Of a DNA stretch of 64,000 nucleotides, positions 58,702 to 64,000 are shown piece by piece. Location: the IMG/VR virus record IMGVR_UViG_3300025679_000006; one strand, written 5' to 3'. The stretch's first letter is position 1; each line of letters starts with the position of its first letter. Made by a program: the position numbers and the translations under genes. The notes under the pieces are model-generated. The model was not told where the DNA came from. It made no database searches and saw only the letters and a list, made by a program, of their open reading frames with translations. This DNA comes from an uncultured virus (IMG/VR IMGVR_UViG_3300025679_000006). Taxonomy: Duplodnaviria; Heunggongvirae; Uroviricota; Caudoviricetes.

Positions 58702-59820
58702 TTACGGATTGATGTTGATGACAATGCTCGAGCTATGTATCGCCCCAGCTTCCTTGATAGCGATCTGAACCAGCGGTGATTTCCTTGCTGTCCTGTTGAC
58801 CGGAAGCTGTTGATTAACCGGAGCACTGTAAATATAATATCCTTTTTGAAGGACGTTATTAATCAAATCCGCTTGAACCCCGAAATACTCCGGAGAATTC
58901 CAAGACCCCGGTGCGATGTACCCGTTGTTAACAGCCTGATCGCACACCTGACGATACACAGACTTGAGGTAGGACATGCCCGGCTCTGTCTGCGGAATCT
59001 TAGTGCCGACCTGCAGTAGAGCGTTAAATCCGTTGACCTTGATCTGGCTGACGAACCAAATGAGATTATAAATCTCATCGAAGAACTTGTTCGCCCCGTT
59101 TGAAACGTAAGCCGAGATCCCCGCGAAGTCGGTATAAAGATCCACGCCCGCTGTCTCGCACTGATTGTAAATGGTCTGAGTGATCCCTTCATCGGGAGTG
59201 ATCCCGATCAACTGTTTCAAGTTCATGGTGATCGCCGTATTGTTCCCCGTGAAATCAACCGACATGCCACGCCCTGCGGCCGCTGCCGCTTGCAAACGAG
59301 CATCCAGAGAAGCCGTACTGCGATAAATACAGCGTGTAGAATTGTCCGTGGCGTTCTTAATATCGGTGAATGGACCGGCGATATCAGAACCTGTTGAAGA
59401 AGGCAAGAAGAGAATCTTGTCTTGGAACCCTGCCACGATGGTCGCCAGAGCAAGCATAAGCCCGGACGTGGGATAACTGTTGCTGATGATCCCACAGAAG
59501 AACACAAGCGGAGCGCAACGTGTAATTGCGTTTGCCAAAGTCTCGGCATTAAGCATAGGGAAGATAATAAGGTTCCCACCCCCGGCCAAAATGTTCGGCT
59601 GTTGACTAAACACAGCGATGGCCTGTAAGTAAGCCTCAGATCCTGATCCCCAATCTTCGGCAACGGCGGCCGGAGAAACGTAAGACTGGAATGCGCCATA
59701 TGCGCCTCCCGCAATAGGAACCTCGGACGTGAACAAAGCCACGTTGTTGATATTATAATTTCCTAACCCCACCGGGGTTTGAATGACTGACACATCAATG
59801 ACATTCACTATATCGAGCAT
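58702..59820 (-). CDS. Tail sheath protein (DUF3383-like)
   Basis: FSQQP, K.L.G, FFDE...W, KIPQT, R.AR..P, AGAIH. Confidence 0.88.
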   Translation of the reverse strand: MLDIVNVIDVSVIQTPVGLGNYNINNVALFTSEVPIAGGAYGAFQSYVSPAAVAEDWGSGSEAYLQAIAVFSQQPNILAGGGNLIIFPMLNAETLANAITRCAPLVFFCGIISNSYPTSGLMLALATIVAGFQDKILFLPSSTGSDIAGPFTDIKNATDNSTRCIYRSTASLDARLQAAAAAGRGMSVDFTGNNTAITMNLKQLIGITPDEGITQTIYNQCETAGVDLYTDFAGISAYVSNGANKFFDEIYNLIWFVSQIKVNGFNALLQVGTKIPQTEPGMSYLKSVYRQVCDQAVNNGYIAPGSWNSPEYFGVQADLINNVLQKGYYIYSAPVNQQLPVNRTARKSPLVQIAIKEAGAIHSSSIVININP

Positions 59821-59831
59821 TTAACTCCTCC

Positions 59832-60434
59832 TTACGTTTGAGGATACACAGTTGGATCCTTACTGGGTATCACGAAGACTACATCTAAATCTGGTTGACC
59901 ATCATTGACCCTTACCTCAACACTATGCGAGTCCAAGAATTGAGCGACCTTAACTTTATTGTACCAGGACATGACCTTGACCTCGAGATCGAACCTGTAC
60001 AAACGAGCAGTCCCTTCTACCTCATTAACAGGGATGATGTTGACGTTCCTAAATATTTTAAAACTGTTTGCTTCCTGTATCTGCTGAGAGTAGATGGAAT
60101 GAAGAGCCATGACCGCTTCCTCTTTCCTCTGCAAAGCATCCAAGTTCCTCGAATAAAGCCCGATGGATATATCCTCGAGCATGTTCGAGTCCTGCTCCTC
60201 ATTAGCACCATCGATGGTGGGTACCATTAAATTTCTGGAAGAGATGACCTTTGGAGATCCTTTGTACTCGATATAAATAAACAGACCGGCCTTAGGCGGG
60301 ATGCGGAATTTCTGATTATAGATGACAACACGATCACTATCGAGTCCAAGCTCTTCAATAAGAATAAGCCGTATCAAATCCAAAGTCAGATACGCCGTGG
60401 TAGAGTTAGGATTCTCTGATGTGTTAAGTCTCAT
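59832..60434 (-). CDS. Neck/tail terminator protein
   Basis: Position upstream of sheath; RFDL motif. Confidence 0.6.
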   Translation of the reverse strand: MRLNTSENPNSTTAYLTLDLIRLILIEELGLDSDRVVIYNQKFRIPPKAGLFIYIEYKGSPKVISSRNLMVPTIDGANEEQDSNMLEDISIGLYSRNLDALQRKEEAVMALHSIYSQQIQEANSFKIFRNVNIIPVNEVEGTARLYRFDLEVKVMSWYNKVKVAQFLDSHSVEVRVNDGQPDLDVVFVIPSKDPTVYPQT

Positions 60435-60810
60435 CTTCGTAGTCCTCTAGCAAGTCGTACTCCCGATAGCCATACTCGCTCTGATGCATCTCGGCCATGA
60501 TCCGGTATTTAACATCCCTGATCAATACGATATCATCGAGATTGAGCCGAGGCTCGGGTAGTACATGGAGCTTACTCCACTTCCAACTGCGCTCGCCCTC
60601 CGGCTTAATAGCCAGCTGACGTTGAGTAAACGCCTGTCGAACACCTTGCGTGAGGATACAGATTTTCTTCTCTTTGAGATACCCTGAGTCATTACGCTTC
60701 TTGACAATCTCTATTTTAATGCTTTGAAAGAACGTCATGACGCCAGACGATAAGTCCGGCAAATCAGTCGTATCATTAACGTTTCTTTTGTTAGCACGAT
60801 CTATCTTCAT
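60424..60810 (-). CDS. Head-closure/adaptor protein
   Basis: L...PEGERSW, D......YR......YGY pattern. Confidence 0.65.
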   Translation of the reverse strand: MKIDRANKRNVNDTTDLPDLSSGVMTFFQSIKIEIVKKRNDSGYLKEKKICILTQGVRQAFTQRQLAIKPEGERSWKWSKLHVLPEPRLNLDDIVLIRDVKYRIMAEMHQSEYGYREYDLLEDYEDET

Positions 60811-61394
60811 CTTGATACCACCCTGCTAGAAATTGACTGTCGTAACTGACCCGTATCTATAAGATGAGAAGGTGCGCCACCCGCCCTGCCGTAGCCACCT
60901 ATCTCCGTGGATCCCTTTTTCAAGGAAGGCCACGTTCCGTATCCTGACGTAGGAAAAGCCTGATGCACTATGCTCTCTCCAATCGCCGCAAGCTTTTCGT
61001 AAGCTATGGTGATATTGGAAGTCTCAAGCCCTTTTAAAATCAACTGTCCGACCCTAGCCATCATCCCCGGCATTTTGGTCGTAAGCGGAACCTCAAGGAA
61101 TGACCGGCGCGGTATCCTCCGCTTCGGACTTCCCTTCTCATGGATAAGACCCAGATCCGCATTAGATAAATCAGAGTCCTTCTGAACCACTGGGACTTTT
61201 TGCTTCCCTGATTTACCGCCGACAGCTTCCTTCTTAATGACTAAACGTCCACCTGACTTGACCCCGAGAATGCCAATCTGAGCAACGAAATTCTTCCCAA
61301 GTTCCTTCTCGATCTCCTCCAACTTGGTAGTGTCGAGCCGGACCATGATCCGGTTCTCTGAACTGTCGCCGATCTTCTTGACCTTAACGCTCAT
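60807..61394 (-). CDS. Neck / virion morphogenesis protein
   Basis: IHE.G....IP.RSFL, LIDTGQLRQSI. Confidence 0.8.
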   Translation of the reverse strand: MSVKVKKIGDSSENRIMVRLDTTKLEEIEKELGKNFVAQIGILGVKSGGRLVIKKEAVGGKSGKQKVPVVQKDSDLSNADLGLIHEKGSPKRRIPRRSFLEVPLTTKMPGMMARVGQLILKGLETSNITIAYEKLAAIGESIVHQAFPTSGYGTWPSLKKGSTEIGGYGRAGGAPSHLIDTGQLRQSISSRVVSR

Positions 61395-61837
61395 TGTCGT
61401 GGGCCTCCAGCTATGACGAAAACATTGCCGTATAGAAACGGTATAGTAAGCTCAAGGAACCTCATCCCATATCCGTTGACCGTCAACGAAGACAAGAATG
61501 GATCCTTGGTATACGCCTCTGGAAGCTGGTAGCTAACAGACACCGATCCCACCGAAGTGGAACTGATCGGAAACTTCGACTGGCTCGACAACCCCTTTGT
61601 AGAAAGCTGGATGTTGCGAACCAAGCAAAAGGCGACGAGATACATGAAAGCGTTCGTCGTCTGTGCGTCCGTTCCATAAAGCCCGGAGTTAAAATTAATC
61701 TGGGCCTCTCCAAGAGCGCGGTTAAAATCCCCGGCTGTAACGTAGTCGAGGTTGTTACCATCCGTCCCTTGGGCGAAGAAGAAATCCCTCGCGAAAAAGC
61801 TCTGGAAATCAGTATATACCGGCGGTGTCCAGGACAT
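61391..61837 (-). CDS. Head-tail connector (DUF4054-like)
   Basis: SSTSVGSVSVSY, YG..F motifs. Confidence 0.8.
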   Translation of the reverse strand: MSWTPPVYTDFQSFFARDFFFAQGTDGNNLDYVTAGDFNRALGEAQINFNSGLYGTDAQTTNAFMYLVAFCLVRNIQLSTKGLSSQSKFPISSTSVGSVSVSYQLPEAYTKDPFLSSLTVNGYGMRFLELTIPFLYGNVFVIAGGPRQ

Positions 61838-61839
61838 AT

Positions 61840-62100
61840 TTACCTTTTCTTGGTCTTAGCCAAAGCCTTCTTGACTGCTGGCCTTTTCTTGGGTTTATCT
61901 TTCGGCTCGTCCATACGTACCAGCATTTGTGGATACATGCCTAACAACTTGGTACCGAGCTCGTCTTTAACGTCCATGCTGGTGCTGGGATCCATATAAA
62001 GACGATCCTTCTTAACGTCGTGCTCGTTCGCACGACCACCACTGATGATGTCTTCTTTGGAAATAATAATTGCTCTTCCGCCTTTATTATACAGCTTCAT
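61840..62100 (-). CDS. Hypothetical protein
   Basis: AAGGAG RBS before ATG 62100. Confidence 0.6.
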   Translation of the reverse strand: MKLYNKGGRAIIISKEDIISGGRANEHDVKKDRLYMDPSTSMDVKDELGTKLLGMYPQMLVRMDEPKDKPKKRPAVKKALAKTKKR

Positions 62101-62263
62101 TAGAGTTCTCCTTTGGTAAGTCACGGGATTTTTTCCGCGTGATCGTGTTGCCATCTGGTAGTTTTACGACAATAGTCGTCGGGCGATTCTCGACTAGTTC
62201 AGCTTGAACCAGTCGCCTACCGCCATTCAATCTATCGTCTAGATAAACCTTCACTTGGCGCAT
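62087..62263 (-). CDS. 58-aa basic protein not in the ORF track, paralogue of 19749-19934
   Basis: MRQVKVYLDDRLNGGRRLVQAELVENRPTTIVVKLPDGNTITRKKSRDLPKENSNEAV; AAGGA RBS. Confidence 0.7.
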   Translation of the reverse strand: MRQVKVYLDDRLNGGRRLVQAELVENRPTTIVVKLPDGNTITRKKSRDLPKENSNEAV

Positions 62264-62281
62264 CTTTATCCTTTCTTAACC

Positions 62282-63337
62282 TCAGAAGTCGAAGTATAAG
62301 ACCTCTAATCCGCGATACACGCCGACCCCTGTTGCTTGGCCGTAACCTGCATCTTGGAACTGGAAGTTGTTAAGAGTATTGGGCTGTGTAACGGTATAAT
62401 CCACGGGAATATCCATGCGGAGAGTCTCGGGATCATAACGATACATGCAATACCTATTCAACCCTGTCCCTGCGTTCACAACGCTACTGTTGTAGGTTGG
62501 CATGCTGTAAATACTGGGAAGGATCTTGATACCGCCGGGAACGATCTCGGCAAAGGCCTTCTTCAAATATTCCAGCTTGCTATTGAACGGGTATGTGGGT
62601 GACACTGGTGTAGCTAACCCTAACCAATCATTCTGAGGAATGATAAAGTGGGTTGGCATTGCAGTGTACGCACAATTGGACTGGTAAGACGCCACAACCA
62701 ATGACACGAAATTCGCGAACTGTGTCGGAGTCATGGAACTGATTGACGCGGTGATAGTGGTCAAGTCTGAGTTGACGTTGCTACCACTCTGGCTCAGGAG
62801 ACCGGGGAAGTTGGTCTGATCGGACAACACGCCCAAAAAGGCCATCTTCTGGATACCTAAGTCCCAGTTTTTCTTACGGCTTCTGTGCTTGGATTCGATG
62901 ATATCCCAGTTGTTCGACTGAAGAGCCTGTTCAATCTCAAACACGGAATACCCTACTGCCTTCGCCCAATTCAACACAGCGACGGTCTTGCTAGCGATCG
63001 CGGAGTCAGCAGACTCTAAGCGGTCGTTACCAGAACCTTGCTGGATGATGCCTGACTCGAAATCACGGGCGGTGGACACCGTTAAGTTGGTCAGGATGTT
63101 TTGGGAAAACGCACCGTCTCCGACGGAAATAGGGATATAATCCGCTGGAGCCACCTCGTAGAACTTTTGCTCGGTGATCTGCTTCTTGATAAACGTGAGT
63201 GTATCAATAGCGATCTGGTACCCGAGGGTTGTCTGGTCAATGTCCCCAGTGGCATTGCGCACTGTAAGACCTGACAATGAACGGGCATTGTGCCGGGCTG
63301 CACTTTGCTTGACAAAATCCTGAACTGATTGTTTCAT
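62282..63337 (-). CDS. Major capsid protein (DUF2184-like, HK97 fold)
   Basis: 351 aa, GYSVFEIEQA, AFLG...GLL, GVGVYR terminus; AAGGAGG RBS. Confidence 0.85.
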   Translation of the reverse strand: MKQSVQDFVKQSAARHNARSLSGLTVRNATGDIDQTTLGYQIAIDTLTFIKKQITEQKFYEVAPADYIPISVGDGAFSQNILTNLTVSTARDFESGIIQQGSGNDRLESADSAIASKTVAVLNWAKAVGYSVFEIEQALQSNNWDIIESKHRSRKKNWDLGIQKMAFLGVLSDQTNFPGLLSQSGSNVNSDLTTITASISSMTPTQFANFVSLVVASYQSNCAYTAMPTHFIIPQNDWLGLATPVSPTYPFNSKLEYLKKAFAEIVPGGIKILPSIYSMPTYNSSVVNAGTGLNRYCMYRYDPETLRMDIPVDYTVTQPNTLNNFQFQDAGYGQATGVGVYRGLEVLYFDF

Positions 63338-63368
63338 TCTGATCCTCCTTCGATGTTTGTTTAAAAAC

Positions 63369-63890
63369 TTATGTAGCTGAACTTGAAGAACTGGAACTAG
63401 AACTACGGCAGCTGGAAGAGCTTGAGCTGCTGGAATACTGTGCCACTGTACGGATCAACACGCGAAGCAACTGAGCGGTCGCGGTAGTGGTGTCAAGAGC
63501 AACGCCCGCAGCAGTATTAACACCCGCCCAAGCAATGACCTTGTCGCCGGTCGCAACAATCTCGACCATCTGTCCACGAGTAATCGCAGCACCAGATTCC
63601 ATCTCCATAACTGATCCGGCCAAAGCAACTTCAACTTTGCCACCGGCAGTATGGGAAGGTTTCTTAGGCGTTAACACAACGAACCCGAAGATCTGGTCAG
63701 TCGCTACTGCCTTCTCGACGAGGATTGTGTTAGCACTGCCTGTGATCAACCGAACAGCTGTACCGGCATAGAAAGTACCGCTGGACGCTGTGGTAATCTG
63801 GCAAGAGATTGTCGAAGGACTAGGGACTGCTGAAAGCCCTCCCTTAATTGGTCCCTGTGTGATCTGGTTTAGATTTTGAAATTCAGCCAT
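63369..63890 (-). CDS. Capsid cement/decoration protein with poly-Ser C-terminal tag
   Basis: Immediately upstream of MCP, small beta-rich Ala/Gly/Thr protein; ends CRSSSSSSSSSAT. Confidence 0.75.
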   Translation of the reverse strand: MAEFQNLNQITQGPIKGGLSAVPSPSTISCQITTASSGTFYAGTAVRLITGSANTILVEKAVATDQIFGFVVLTPKKPSHTAGGKVEVALAGSVMEMESGAAITRGQMVEIVATGDKVIAWAGVNTAAGVALDTTTATAQLLRVLIRTVAQYSSSSSSSSCRSSSSSSSSSAT

Positions 63891-63950
63891 TTGAAGCCTC
63901 CTTGTTTAATGTTGTCGAACTTAACTCCCAAGCCGATGTCGGTCTATCAA

Positions 63951-64000
63951 TTAGATAGCGGATGAACTTGAACTTGAACTCGAACTTCTACAACTACTGC
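63951..64000 (-). CDS. C-terminus of an upstream head-module gene ending in the poly-Ser tag
   Basis: Minus strand reads SSCRSSSSSSSSSAI-stop (TAA at 63953-63951). Confidence 0.75.
   Translation of the reverse strand, partial: SSCRSSSSSSSSSAI

Noticed and set aside
1..64000. Stop-codon recoding, diversity-generating retroelement, introns/inteins, Z-genome (purZ) or 7-deazaguanine genes
   Set aside because: Genes are full length in the standard code; no reverse transcriptase, intein motifs, PurZ or Que/Dpd homologues recognised.

Overview
Most of the genome of a tailed dsDNA bacteriophage with a contractile (myovirus-type) tail, in two convergent arms that meet at a bidirectional terminator near 31.76 kb. 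The + arm (1.3-31.7 kb) holds early and replication genes: HNH-AP2 nuclease, superinfection-immunity protein, a PEP-CTERM protein, sigma-70-type factor, radical SAM enzyme, SNF2 helicase, RuvC-like and PD-(D/E)XK nucleases, nucleotide-metabolism genes, Sak4/SSB, family A DNA polymerase, primase-helicase, APS kinase and sulfotransferase. The - arm (64.0 to 31.8 kb) holds virion genes: decoration and major capsid proteins, neck, sheath, tube, frameshifting chaperone, short tape measure, baseplate and fibres. A terminase-small-like gene at the left edge suggests the late operon continues across the window ends. The main signal: at least seven late-operon proteins carry poly-serine (S with C/R/K) tracts, and four unrelated ones end in the same R-S9-A-[T/I]-stop tag written with different codons. 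An 8-kb sugar-synthesis, glycosyltransferase and methyltransferase cassette sits among these genes, suggesting a tag-directed virion O-glycosylation system. A second signal is a 9-mer (GGAGCGTGC) over the RBS of four early genes whose exact complement lies in a structured intergenic RNA candidate. All product calls come from motif recognition by eye; no searches were run.
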